A DNA stretch of 64,000 bases from Klebsormidium nitens (GCA_000708835.1 DF237017.1:182157-246156), one strand, 5' to 3'. Counted from the first letter of the stretch, positions 52,339 to 64,000 are shown. Program-made: numbers and translations. The notes: generated by a model from the letters alone, not told the origin.

Positions 52339-54120
52339 TGCGGGCGTCTTCGACTGCCCGGTGACACGTCCCTAAGTTACTTACCCGGCAATCTTCGTCA
52401 AGCGCGCGCGCGGAACCAATCTGGAAAGCTTTCCGTGCTACTTTTGAAGCCCCCGTGTTGAGATAGACTCATCGCTGAAATCCAAGTGTTGCAAAGATTC
52501 TTCAAACCGAGTGAAGCGTGCGCTGCGGGCCGGATTATTTACATTTATGACAAAGCCGTGGCGTCAGTCGGAAGCTTCAATATTGCGCGTGTGGCTATGA
52601 TGTACGCACTAATTGGGGCCGTTCCAATGGCTTCACTGAGAGGCTTGATCTGGACGCCACCTGATTAGGGTTCGACTTTAGGTATCCGAGTCATCTTGAG
52701 CAGCTGTTCATGCTCGGCCGGTTGCTCGTCATGCTTCACCATTTTCACCGGTCTTTCTAGCCATTCATGCATTCTCTGCCTCTTGAAGTTACAAATGCCT
52801 GCAGAATTCGCTTTTGGTTCAATGTTGCAAGTACATTTGAATATGGCACAACGAACGACCAGTTGTGCTTCAATCTTCGCCGCTCGAGTAGTCAGTCACA
52901 AGGCTCGGACGCGCAACCCGGACTATTACGTTAGGCACCGAATCGGTCTACCATCTGCGCTTCTCGGTTACGTCTAACAAGGCGCCCCCTGATAAGGAGG
53001 AAACCGCTTCATTGGATAGGGATGCATTTTGTCACGTGCAACAAACTTGGCAATGACAGTCTGCTTGGGGTGGGCGCGCCACGCATGCGTCAAAGGTGTC
53101 TTATAGAGCCACGTGGCCATCATTACTGTTCATGTTGGATCAAGGCCAGACGTCCACGGAATCTCGCTGAAGTCCCCGGGACAGACTGACAGACAGTGTG
53201 TTCGAACATTAAGCCATCGGGGAGAGCGCCGACTCAATCACCTGATATGCAATATCCATTTGTTTTTGCGTGCTTTATTCTGCGGTACTGCGGGCCGAGT
53301 TGGGTCATTCTTACAGAGCACATATAGATTGTGACTTAGAACAGTGCGTGACTTACTTTCTTGCTAAAATTAGTAAGTGAATCTGCCTGCGGTTCTGTTG
53401 TCGTGCCGCCACTGATCCTATCGTGGAGGGCAGTTTTCACCACTTGAAGTTGCTCAAGGCGCTCATGTACGCTAATATCGCGGCCAACTCGGTTGGATAA
53501 GGATTTGGAAGGAATACCCAGGGTTTAGCACACTCTCGGTGCTAGTACTTGTTGGCGGGTCTTCCTGAATTGGTTACAAGCTTTGATTCAAGGTCAACGG
53601 GGCAAGTTTTTCGGCCGTGGTACTCACCCACCATATTCGTACGAAAGAAGGCGTCGGGAAACGAAACGTATGCAAGGCCCTTCGACCTGCTAAACACCAA
53701 AAAAAGTCTGACCGCGTTGATTGCAAAATGCGGCACGATATCCGCGTCAATGTATCATTCTGCTTCGTTTAAGGAGCTGGGAGTCGTGCTGACTGTCGAA
53801 AAAGTCGATTGCAAGGTCAAAGTCGGTGGCGAAGAGGACGTCCCGCGTTGGTTTCATAAGACTTCGCCATTCACTTCGCGATGAGAATATGTGGAACAAG
53901 CCAACCGTTTCTTTCTGCGGCCTGCCCTTGTACTCAGGGGACACGTGACCATCGTTAGTAAAAAGCCTTGTCTTTAGGTCATCCGTAACGGCTTCAAGTT
54001 GGTGGGAGTTAGACGAAACCCGCCGTGGAACTATACTCTGACGAGGGCGATCCTGATCCTGAAGCTGACCAACGTGCGGAGAACTTTGGAAAGGCTCTGA
54101 GGCAAATGCACGCAAAGAGT

Positions 54121-54188
54121 TTGGCAATGATTAGCTCCCGCTGGCACAAGTTGCGCCACGCTGCGGATCAGAACGGTACCGGAGCCAC
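54121..54188 (+). ncRNA. Candidate C/D-like small RNA
   Basis: TTGGC-AAT-GA-TTA...CGGA-GCCAC. Confidence 0.45.
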
Positions 54189-55113
54189 GCGGCTTAGAGC
54201 AACGAACTTGAACTACCTACACGGAACCTAATTTTTCCATCTTCAATTCGCTAGGTATGAGTCAGCAGATCACACCCTAGAGACTCTTTGACTTGCTCGG
54301 GCCCGCTTTGGGTTTGTGTGCACCTTTTAAAACTGTCCATCTACGTGTGTGTGATTCGCTCCTTCCGCACAGAATGACCTTCGATGACTCGAGCTTGGAT
54401 TGTGTGGGTCTGCAACTGTTCGAAAGGTCTGAAGGTGCCAGGCTTTGAAACAAGCGGAACCCAGGGATAGCGGCAAGGAAGCGGAACCCAGGGATAGCTA
54501 GTGACACTGTCTTAGTGCCATTCACCGGTGGTTTTCTTGGGAGGGAGCCCCCTTTTGCCTCTTCTTCTGGTGGTTCGTACTGGGGAGACATGTATACGAC
54601 CCAGCTACGCTGGTCGTATGTCGGAGAGATAGTGGTTGTCATACGCGAAAGATGATTTACGTCTTTATTAATTCTACGATGAACAGATCCTCCGTTACTT
54701 CGTGGGCCAGCCTGGTTATTTTGGCAGCCCAACTCTGCGCTGTCGCACATTTTGTTCTGCAATAATCAGGTCGTGTAAGGACGTATCCGCATGACGTCAC
54801 AGGGCGACCGCTCGGTGGGCGCCTCATCTGTCGTGTTCCGCGAGGCGAGGGCCACGGATGATGCTCTCCCCGAGCATGAAACGCTTGTAGTGCGGACTTT
54901 TTCGACCTCCCGGTGACGCCCTAAGTTTGTGCTCGGCGAGAAACTTACTCCTAATACTAATAGCAGTCCGTCCTACTTTTTGACGCCCCTAGTAACTTGG
55001 GGTACAGCTTACAGTTGAGTTGGATTGCAAAGACGACCCCCGACCCTGAGTGAAAGGTTTGAGGACATTTGTGAAACAACACCGGCGCAAAGTTCATCAA
55101 AAGCTTTGCACGT

Positions 55114-55179
55114 GTGGCTATGATGATTGCACCAACTGGGGCCTCCGCTGCTTCAGAAGGTCTCGCATGTTGAAGTCAA
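55114..55179 (+). ncRNA. Candidate C/D-like small RNA with canonical box C
   Basis: GTGGC-T-ATGATGA (perfect RTGATGA)...TTGA-A-GTCAA. Confidence 0.45.
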
Positions 55180-55567
55180 CTTACCCCGCCTTATCATCCA
55201 AGTTGGTACTTTAGGCCCAGCCAACGTTGGAGTTAACTCTTCCATTATGCTTTACAGATCTAGACTCCGCCTTAAAGCCGCCCTGCCGAGAAAGCCCGTC
55301 TTAACTGCCGCGTCTTTTCAAATTTTCCTTCGCGTTTCACGTATTCCCGAGAAATTGACGAGACGATGATCTTCTGAACCACGCAAAAGCTACTCTTGCT
55401 TATGGGTCGAAGCTAAAGTTCGTCATCATGGTCGAAGCTGGATGTCAGCCTTGCAACGGGAACTAATATTCGACGAACCATTGGTCACGCTCTACCCAAT
55501 TTTTGCGAACGCGCGGATCCGAACATGCACGCTTATTTTTGAACAGGCCAGGACGACCTTATCAGTA

Positions 55568-55624
55568 GTGGCAATTGACCTTGGCAAAACTGGTACGGTA
55601 TCAAGGGCGGGAACTCCGAGCCAC
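55568..55624 (+). ncRNA. Candidate C/D-like small RNA
   Basis: aGTGGC-AATT-GA...CCGA-GCCACt. Confidence 0.4.
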
Positions 55625-56194
55625 TTCATACCCTCACAACACTTCCATCTGACCTGGCCACGCTAATTGTACTTCATGTGGTGCCTTCCCCAAATTGCGA
55701 TTCTTCCTTCCGTTCCTGCTTCGACCGCTTAGCCTCTTCATAGCCACAGATTCTGAGCTTCCTTTGATTGCTTCCTTCCTTGCTCATGTTTCGCCAAATT
55801 TTTCGCGGGCAAGTCTCCTTCGAGAAGGGGATGCTTCCCGTGCGTGCTTTGAAGCGGGTTTCTCCAGTAGTTCAGATTGTCTTCGAACTCTCGTTTGAAA
55901 AAACTAGTCGCTGCCCGTTAGAGCTCCGATTCGAAAGAACCCATCCACCGCGAAGGGCGTATAATGAGAAAGTACGAACGTTCCGTCGCCAGCGTCAAGC
56001 GCGAAGCGATTGGCTTCTTGGCAGATTTGCACAGCGTTCTCGTGCCCTCATGCAATTTCTCTGCTTTTCTGCTTATCTCTATCTTCAAAGCACGTCACAA
56101 CGAGCCGAAAGTGCAGGTTGTGGAAACAATCTATGCGCGCCCCTTCCACGTACTTGCTAGATCAGACCCCCGACTTAACAGACCCCCGAGTAAA

Positions 56195-56257
56195 GTGACA
56201 AGGACGTGTTTGAAGTGGGGCGTTGAGCCACACTGAGCACTTGTGCATCTGAGTCAC
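56195..56257 (+). ncRNA. Candidate C/D-like small RNA with compensatory terminal stem
   Basis: GTGAC-AAG-GA-CG...CTGA-GTCAC. The G-C to A-U double change is at a different stem position than in the 39376 copy; internal hairpin at 56215-56233. Confidence 0.55.
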
Positions 56258-58458
56258 CGTCTTCTCAGACGTTGCGAATTCTGCAAGAGTGGGGGCAAGT
56301 CTCGGCGTCGCCCAGCTTCAAATGCCACGAGAGTCAATTGTCCGACGAAGGTGACCATCCAGGTCCTTTTGAGAAGGCCGGTGACAAGGCCGTCGTACTT
56401 CCTTTATAGTTGCTCGTGAGTATATATTCCAATGGAATACATGGGAGACATGGGATTCGGAGCGACTGGATATATATTGTGCCCGCTCCCGTTTAAAAGC
56501 TCCGGTAAAAGGCTCCCATTTGAGACCTTGATACGCGGCTGCATTTACAAGATTGCCTCACCGGCCCCATGCAAAGCTGGTGCGCTTGCCCTCTGGGCGT
56601 TCATATCCAATGGTGGTCGGCGTTCAGCTGTCGTGTTTGCAGTCACCTCGGCGGGCTGCCCTCGCAGAAACGACGTGTTCATGATCCTGCAGTCTGTGTA
56701 AATCTGCGGTGTGCGTGCAGAATGAACGGTTCGCTCCAGATCTCGCCGCTAGTTTCAGTCATAGGGGATTGGGCAGATATCAGCCGCATCTGGTTTCTTT
56801 GTCTTCTATTACTTCTGGATTTTGAACGGCGCCCCCAAAATGATAGTGAACTGCAGCTCGGGAAGGAGTGGCACTCGATTGCAGCGAATTTGGCAATGAC
56901 AGTCTGGTTGGGGCGGAGCCCCAAGCATCATGTATGGAACAATTCAGTTGAGGAGCCAGGTGGACATCATGAGTGCTCAGGTTCGAGTCAATAGCAGACA
57001 TCAATCAATCATCACTTGGATTCCCACAGCTAACAGTGCATTCAAAGAATGAAGCCGCTCGGAAAAACGTCAATCTGTCCGACTGAACTGCAGTTTCGCT
57101 TCGCTTCCAATTGCAGTCTTTTGCGACCGCCCATTTTCTGTTAATTTTGAAGCAAGCGTACTTTTCGGAACTCACAGAGGACATAAATCGCGTGTACTTC
57201 GTATTCAAGCATATTGCCAGGAAGTGTCATTTTGAGCGACGCTTACCGGGGTGGCAAGGATACGCTTCCTCAATCTTGGCAACCTTCCGGTGCCAAGGCT
57301 CGTGGGGATATTGAGTCTTTCTCTACAACACCAAGCAAGCTTTCATATCCGGAGGTGGGTCAAATTAAGTGCAGAGCCCCTACAGCAGAGCGCAAAGTCT
57401 CATGAAGTTTTCAGCATTGAATGTTTGAGAAGCTACGGTAAAGCTGGTGCTCTGTATCGGCTTCAGATGTATGGCGCTGGTATCCCTCCGAATGCATCCA
57501 CCCAATGGCGGCTTTAGAAAAACCGGAATCTACTGCCAGCTGTCGCTGTTTGGTCCACTTAATCTGTCATCGAAAGTGCCAGCTGTCACTGCTTCCAAGC
57601 TGCTTTACTGAGAGAGCCCGTTGAATTGTTCCATCCTTCTTATCTCTTTTGCGACGGTACCTGTACTTCGTTGTATCTATATTCATTTCTGGAAAGGGAC
57701 CTGCCCTTTCAAGACAGAAGCATGCTCCAGTTTTGGACCAAGCAGAGGGGTACTCGTTTCCATGGCGAGGCTGGATTCTGGCCTTACCACAAGCGCTTGT
57801 CGACAAAATAGCGGTCAACCACTGCCCATCCTGGCGAACACACAATTGACCATCATCCGAGTGGCCAGGATGATTTCCTTGATGGCAGATCCACCTCTGC
57901 CAATTGCTCAAGTGTTTTTCGCAAGGGCGCTCCGCGTCCCGAGCCACTTCAGAGAGGCATAGCGTTTGGTGCCTAAATCTAAGTATGCCGGTCCGCTTGA
58001 GTCGCCTGTCTCTCTGCTTGCTTGTTGGCTGGTTGCTAAGGTCCAGCAAAATGGTGACGCGTCTTTTTGGGTTGCTTGTCGGACCGCCCCGACTTGATGA
58101 TATTGCCAGTATTCTGGAATTGTCCCGGTCGCTCTGCTTTTCGCCCTGAAACCCTTTTCAATCATGAAATCCGCTGTCCGGTCTGCACCTTAGTGTTACG
58201 TGCTGTCTGGAGAGAGCTTCGGTCCGCCTGGAAAACGGCGCGGTGAAAAGCCGCACAGGGTGTCACCAGCTCGGCGCGGTCACATGCATGCTTCCGTCAC
58301 ATGCGACAAACTGTGCACTGCTTTTTTGCGCCCTCGTGTGTGTTTCTTCTACGTCTCGGCCAGTTGCTACATTACCTTGCAAGTCGTCCGCAGTTAAGGC
58401 GATAACCAAGGGGATTGCGTGCATGCTCCTCGCTTGCAGTATCAGACCCCGGTTCAAA

Positions 58459-58521
58459 GTGGCGAAGACGTATACGAAGTGGGGCGTTGAGCCCCATGGT
58501 CCCAGTTGGCCTCCGAGCCAC
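58459..58521 (+). ncRNA. Candidate C/D-like small RNA with internal hairpin
   Basis: GTGGC-GAA-GA-CG...CCGA-GCCAC; hairpin GTGGGGC-GTTGA-GCCCCAT at 58479-58497. Confidence 0.5.
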
Positions 58522-61500
58522 CAGCGTTTCTATTTGTTTCTAGTTGTAAGTTTTCCGTGTTTGGCGGCGAGCTCCACAGCTAGCATTACCATGTTTGACC
58601 AGCCATGAATGTTGTAGTTCGTCCTCTACAAAGTCGACAGTCTCAAAGGATCTTGAGAAGGCCGCTTGGTTGCTCTCTCTCTCCAAGTGGAATCGAAACA
58701 ACGACGACCGGCCTCCTAAGCGATAGGAAGGTGTCTCTGCTTATCCGAAAAAGGCTCTGTCTGCGGATGCCAAGTGTAGTACTGTATCAGTGGCCAAAGC
58801 TGACCTCTACCATCTGGGCGCGAGCAAATTGCGATGGGCGATCAGTCGTACTTGCCGCCACCTACGGCTGCCCTCGCTGTGAACGACCTGCTTGCAAACC
58901 TCTTGCATCGGCAAGTGATCGGGTTCATTAGGACCACCAAAACGAAGTGATCTGCTTCGTGCATTTCAGTAGAAGCGTCACACAAGCCTCGGCGCGCAGG
59001 CGCCAGGCGGCGGGACGTTGGGCCGAAAGTTGCGCGCACCTTCGGTTTGCTTGCTTCGTCTGGTCTTACTCGGTTTCGCTCTTCGGGATGAAAAGGATAC
59101 TGCTTGAAAACGGGTGGCAATGAAGGAGGGAGCTTGGCATGACAAATTTGGGGACGTGGCACCCTAGGACGTCGCTTGTTGAGCTTGCGGAGCCAGATGT
59201 CGATCCGATTACCAATGTTCATGTTTAAATGAAGGCCGAATCGTATGGATCCTCACAGCGAGGAATGCGACCAAAACCTTCAAGCAGCTACTTGGAAGAA
59301 CCTCTACTGAAATGCATTTTACACCGGCTCTGTCTGCTTCTGTTCTGTGGTTGCTGAGCAGTCATTTGCTTCACTGACCAGTTCTATCATACTGCTGCTG
59401 ACCAGGAGAGTGTCTAAGCGCGCGGGACCAGAATCACGAGACAATCCATCAGATCTCACCTTAGTTAATCAGATCCTTTAGGCTAGTGGCGCTTTCCCCA
59501 CTCTTCCAGAGTAACATGGGCCATCAGTGCATCGAGCCGCCTTTTAAGGCGTGTCCCTGAAACAAATCTCAGTTGGCGTTTCGTTTGATCAATCTGCTTC
59601 AATCTACTTCAATCAAGCTGCCCGTTTTGGTTCCGTACGGTGGCCAGTGGGCCAATGGTCACTAACTTTGATGCCCATCGTTACCGATTGGAGTATGTTC
59701 ACACGGCCAGCATAACCTGGAATGTGGCAAGGACAGGGATCCGGTCCGACTCGGGCTCGCAGTTGACACTCTCTCGGTGTCATGACCAGCCTGTTGTGTT
59801 CGGAACTTCTCTGAACCGCCTGTATCGGATGCAGGGTCTCTCTGACAATGAATGTTACCATGAATTTTGGCAGGGCTGATTGAACTCGTCATCAGTAATT
59901 TGAAGTTTCTTAGCTGGCATGCGTAGAGGAAGGCCTTTTGGGACGAGCTTGCGATTTGCGTTGCTGAACGAAGAAGAGTACGTCTGGCCGCGGTGTTGAC
60001 TATTGCGGTACCACGTGGGCTTCGCTGCACAGACATCCTAAATCCACAGCTTACCTTTCAAGGGATTTCTCAAAATACATTCACTTGAATCGATCTGTTT
60101 CAGAATTGCCAGTGTGCGAAAGAATATCTTTGCTCGATGCTCGTGCTCGGGGCCACTTTTAAGCAGTTCGAATCTGTCGTGCTGAGATTCATATTAGCCG
60201 CGCAAGCGTGCGTCGCTCTAGCGAGCTGCATGAGAGGTTCCGGTTTGAAAAGGGGTGGCAATGAAGACCGCTTGTTCTGGCGGCCGGTTGCCAACGTTCG
60301 GCATGCAACGATATCAAAAACGAGGCCACGCCCGAACTCCAGTCCCCCGTTACGGCCAGGCCCTCTGATGCAGATGAATCCGTGCTCAAAGCCATCGAGC
60401 ATTCGATTTTTGGAAAAACCGAAGCGGCTGGTCCTTCTTCGTTCCGACAGATGCGCTTGCTGTACTTGCGACTTTGAAATGCAGGTCGACCAGCGTTCCG
60501 CTGCAAGCTCGCATCCCGTCAGGTGATGCTTCCGCGATGTGAGCAAGGAGGCAGAAATGTCTGCCCGAGGCGTCACTTAGGAAGCAAACCTTTTTCCCTT
60601 GTTGGGCTGGTCCTCCATATCAATCCCGATAAGAGCAGCCCAGTTGTGCTAAGTAAGCGCAGAAGTAGGGCGGGGGGCCCTAGTCTCCATAAGCATGTGG
60701 GAGTACTACTTGGCTGCTTTTGAGTCGCCGAGACGCCTGCTTCTCGCACGCGCAGGCGTTCTTATTCCGTCTATCTCGTTGCCGTCGCTCGCTTTTTTGG
60801 CGATCTTTCCACACCGTCGAAAACCGTTGCCACGCGCTTTTGACCCACTTCGAACTGTCTAAGTCTGGTGGGCTGTTTCGTATCTTCGTATTGTGGACTG
60901 GCTGCAATACCGTAGGCTGTGTGCACGATCATCTGCCCCGTGTCCAACAAATTCGGATACTCGAAAAGGTCGGCAAGGACACTCATCACCTGGCCTGAGG
61001 AGCGATCTCTCTCCGCTACCAGGGTCACGAAGATTTGACGTTGTGGAGCCCTTGCGTATTTTATCGACGTCTTGCAAAGCTGTTCTAATACATTGGCAAA
61101 GCCGGCCTGTGCTTCATTTGTGTGTCCTTTCATACCTGGCTTCAAGGTTCAGACGTTCGAGTCCGTTTTAGCATCTCGCTGACGTCTTTCCTTCTGTGGC
61201 GCCGGCCCCTTTAAAAATGAAATCGAGGGTTACTCCAAATCTTCCCGACACTGATTCGAAAGGTGGCGGGCAACCACTCCGCTGACGTCCTATCTTTTCT
61301 GGTCCGGTCTTGTTTCGGACGTTTTCTCCAAATGCTCAATTCGGTTCGCCAGGTCAATTGCTTGCGCCTTCCGGGCTTTCCTTTTGAGCGGTGGGGTTCA
61401 TTTATGACGCGTACCTCGGAACTGTCAATCGAAACTCCTGTTCTGCACTTTCGAGAGAAGCTGCCGTCAGGGACTTCTTGAGATCTTTTTCGATCAAGCG

Positions 61501-63710
61501 AGCAGTTCAGGTCGATAAGCAGGAATGCTTCAGCCGCTAGCCAAAGCTGGTCTTCCTAGCCGTAAACGTTTGATCTGCTTGCCTTGCTTATTATCTGCCA
61601 GCCGTGGGCATAGGTGACCAATTTGATGGCAGGTTCGTTTGCCTGCCAGGTAGAGCGCGGTGCCGCGGGTTTCATGCTCCGTTTGCCAGATTGGTAGCTT
61701 CGGCTCTGCACGAAAATTTCGCCCATCAACTTTCATTTTGCGCCAGAAAAAACGGTCGGAGGGCGTGATAGTAATCAGTGTGGCAATGATAAGCTCGAAG
61801 CAGCGCCGCAAGACGCGTCAAAGGTGCAGCTGAACCAGAGGCCACGTTATCGTTAGCCATGCGAGACTTGACAAAGCAACATTATAGGGACGAGTACGAA
61901 AAGGCCGCCGGAGTAAGGTACACTCAGCCAGATTAGAGGTCGGCCAGTCCGCAACCATTCCATCAGTTGAAGAGCCAAATTCAATTAGTAGCTTTATGTG
62001 ACCATAGGCATGGACGCTTCGTTTTCAGCCGACCATGTAAGACCATGCGGGTTTTTACTCTCCTTGAGGCGACTGGGCCCATCAGCCAAGGTATCGGTGT
62101 TTCCCTCGGCAGGTGGGTAGTGCTGACAATATAGCCGGACTTAAAGTTGTCATTTTGAGTCTCAAGAAAGGGGAAAGGAACAAATGGCCAGCAATGACAC
62201 GCATTCGGTCCCATGAAACGGGCTGCGCATTGAGGAAGCCCTTGTTTTAACCTGCAGAAAGATTTTTTCAGTGGTCGTCTGGATTCCGCTTCAGAAGTTG
62301 CATACTTTGTGTTGATCACATTTGCCTCTCGAGTCGCTTGAACCGTACGCGTGCGTTCCCAACCTTTGGACCATTTCCTGCCGGTCGGACTTTGTCGTCG
62401 TACAAGCGGCAGTACGTCATCAAACATAGGGGGAGCCAGAAATGTCGACCTGAACGGAGGAACTGCTGCAGCAATTTCACAGGTTCATGTTAAAGCAATT
62501 ACAATGAAACCTTTTGTTTTTGAAGCGATGCTCGACTTCGGATTTGCACGCATGGCGTCCCATCGAACAACGCACGTTTTGGGAAAGGGAAGGTGGCAAT
62601 GAAGAGGTCCAGACTGCAGTTGAACCTTAGCTGCAGCAGCGCGAGGATTTGACGAAGCCCTCCTTCTTTATGTTCGGCTGTATTCGATAGATTTAGACCC
62701 CGTTATACATTGGTCTAATGTGTCTTGGAAAACTGTTATTGGTCTCTCCGACGCGCTAAGTCTTCCTTCTAGTGGCAGGTCACAGTTCGGATGGCTTAGT
62801 AACTGATTCATGCACTTGATTTTGCGTGCTTGCCTCGGCCGATGTTGCAGTGGCGGTGCGCTTCCGAGGTACTTGGTCCCGCATAGGTTGCAGGTCCGAA
62901 GCTGTGGGCCCGAAGGCAAACCTTTAGGGCCGAAAAGTGACAAATCAGACTTGTTAATTACCCTCGTCTCAAATTTTCCTGAGGTAGGTATGGCATCGAT
63001 TCAGGAATCGTACAACGTCATATTAATTGGGCTTTTGTGCCGTAGTGAGCAAGCTTTTCCCGTTAATTGACACCGTCTGCTAATCCTTGCCAGTGGTAGC
63101 TTGGACGACCCACCTGCAAGTGGTTGGACAGTCCAAGTTGCCCCGCTGAAAGGACGCTGTATCCTCTCGAAGATTGCTCTTCTGACATTGCTCCTGAAAC
63201 GTTTTCTTGCTTGACCGCTTCCTTTTTCAGTAGCCGTCAATACTGTGACAGCTTAACTTTCAGGCAGACGTCGATCTGAAACGAATTGGCCTTGGAACAG
63301 CCAACTGCACGTCAGATCCGATCGTCATGCCGCATCCGACTTCCTCTGATAATCCTTCATATTGCTATATCAAGTTTGTGATGGGAATCAAGTGGTGGCG
63401 AGCCAAAGTCGACTCATACTGACGCGTAGCAGCCTCAGCTGTTGCTTGTTAGACCGGCTGTTGAGGAAACGTGGGCGGACTGCAGGAACCAAACTTTCAC
63501 CTTGAGTACTGGGCTAGAGATTTCAAATTAGGATGCCTTACCGGGACTGCCAGAGCTTTCTTCTTCTTCAGCGTTCGTTAAACTGATTGCCCATCTTGGA
63601 GTCTGGCTAGAGAGTCAGGCCCGGCTCATGAAAAACGTACGGCTCCTTTGGCTGCATAAGTGCGCAAGCGTCCGCGTGCTGACTTGTGGTCGGCGCGGAT
63701 CAAGACGGTC

Positions 63711-63789
63711 GTGGCAAAGAAAAGCTCCTGAAATTGACACGTCTCAGTGTCACTGGCAACCGTCGTAGACGTTGTGACAATTGAGCCGC
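63711..63789 (+). ncRNA. Candidate C/D-like small RNA (last copy seen; the array may continue past the window)
   Basis: GTGGC-AAA-GA-AA...TTGA-GCCGC; A-U pairs replace the usual G-C beyond the GA-GA. Confidence 0.45.
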
Positions 63790-64000
63790 CATTTATCGGA
63801 TTGGATAATCAAGTCCGAATCTCATCGAGTCCCAGTATTCGTGTGTGATGATCTCAGTCAAGAGGGACATAGCCGGAGAATCTCTATGAATATCATGACG
63901 TGAACCGATTAAGTCGTATTAAGTCGTAAGCAGAAGAACACATTTCCTGGCCAGCCGTCACTTGGCTTCATTCACGTCTTCTGCTTTCCGCATGCTTTGG

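Larger units (their letters stand above)
39376..63789 (+). repeat. Same-strand array of about 33 diverged 57-100 nt elements with terminal GTGGC/GCCAC stem and GA/GA kink-turn geometry (candidate C/D-like small RNA gene cluster)
   Basis: Element starts read by eye: 39376, 40711, 41908, 42919, 43237, 43878, 44242, 44779, 45127, 46112, 48229, 49019, 49759, 49993, 50439, 51735, 52591, 53047, 53826, 54121, 55114, 55568, 56195, 56890, 57251, 58459, 59114, 59724, 60255, 60971, 61780, 62593, 63711, plus weaker ones at 40351, 46518, 47102. Most have a (G/T)CCA(C)-type complement about 55-100 nt downstream, usually preceded by NNGA. Some listed copies are degenerate on one side. Confidence 0.8.

Noticed and set aside
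60771-61145. Protein-looking ORF on the - strand
   Set aside because: No family recognised; it overlaps an array element on the opposite strand; treated as chance.
39376-63789. Array as a CRISPR locus or integron-like cassette array
   Set aside because: Eukaryotic context, no cas or integrase gene, irregular 0.2-1.3 kb spacing, and conservation limited to element ends rather than identical repeats.
39376-63789. Array as fossil protein-coding repeats (G-x-[DE] frame; LRR-like GVTALRH and LLKLTRLSVTGN; APQDAS with third-position differences near 40405, 46165, 61804)
   Set aside because: Frames break within 10-30 codons and shift between copies, and GGC-NNN-GAN is exactly what the stem-bulge-GA consensus produces. 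Stem covariation is not explained by coding. The APQDAS pattern is unexplained, so a codon-model test (RNAcode/PhyloCSF) is still worth running.
39376-63789. Elements as MITEs or tRNA-derived SINEs
   Set aside because: The inverted match is only 4-7 bp and is asymmetric inside (3-nt bulge + GA versus GA). All copies share one orientation, no target-site duplications were seen, and no pol III B box (GTTCRANNC) follows the TGGC.

Overview
Eukaryotic nuclear DNA with spliceosomal GT-AG introns. A cpFtsY gene, a PPR gene and intronic CCCCTAAA runs point to a streptophyte green alga, Klebsormidium-like (inference, not a database match). Bases 1-39.1 kb hold six intron-rich loci: a HAL2/SAL1-family PAP phosphatase (+), a partly broken microbial-type terpene synthase (+), a cytosolic-type glycyl-tRNA synthetase (-), a SARAF/TMEM66 homologue (+), a P-class PPR protein (-) and cpFtsY (+). 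There is one assembly gap (22719-23113). Bases 39.3-64 kb contain no recognisable protein gene. They carry about 33 same-strand, highly diverged 57-100 nt elements roughly every 0.2-1.3 kb. Each has the form GTGGC-(3 nt)-GA...NNGA-GCCAC, a terminal stem plus kink-turn/box C-D geometry, with compensatory stem changes and a variable interior. Three more copies lie in sense inside the 4 kb sixth intron of cpFtsY. This candidate orphan C/D-like small-RNA array is the main finding. Also notable are the terpene synthase, which has two aspartate-motif helices and degenerate metal motifs, and repeated 145-180 bp tandem duplications of splice junctions. All coordinates and splice models were read by eye and need RNA-seq and alignment confirmation.
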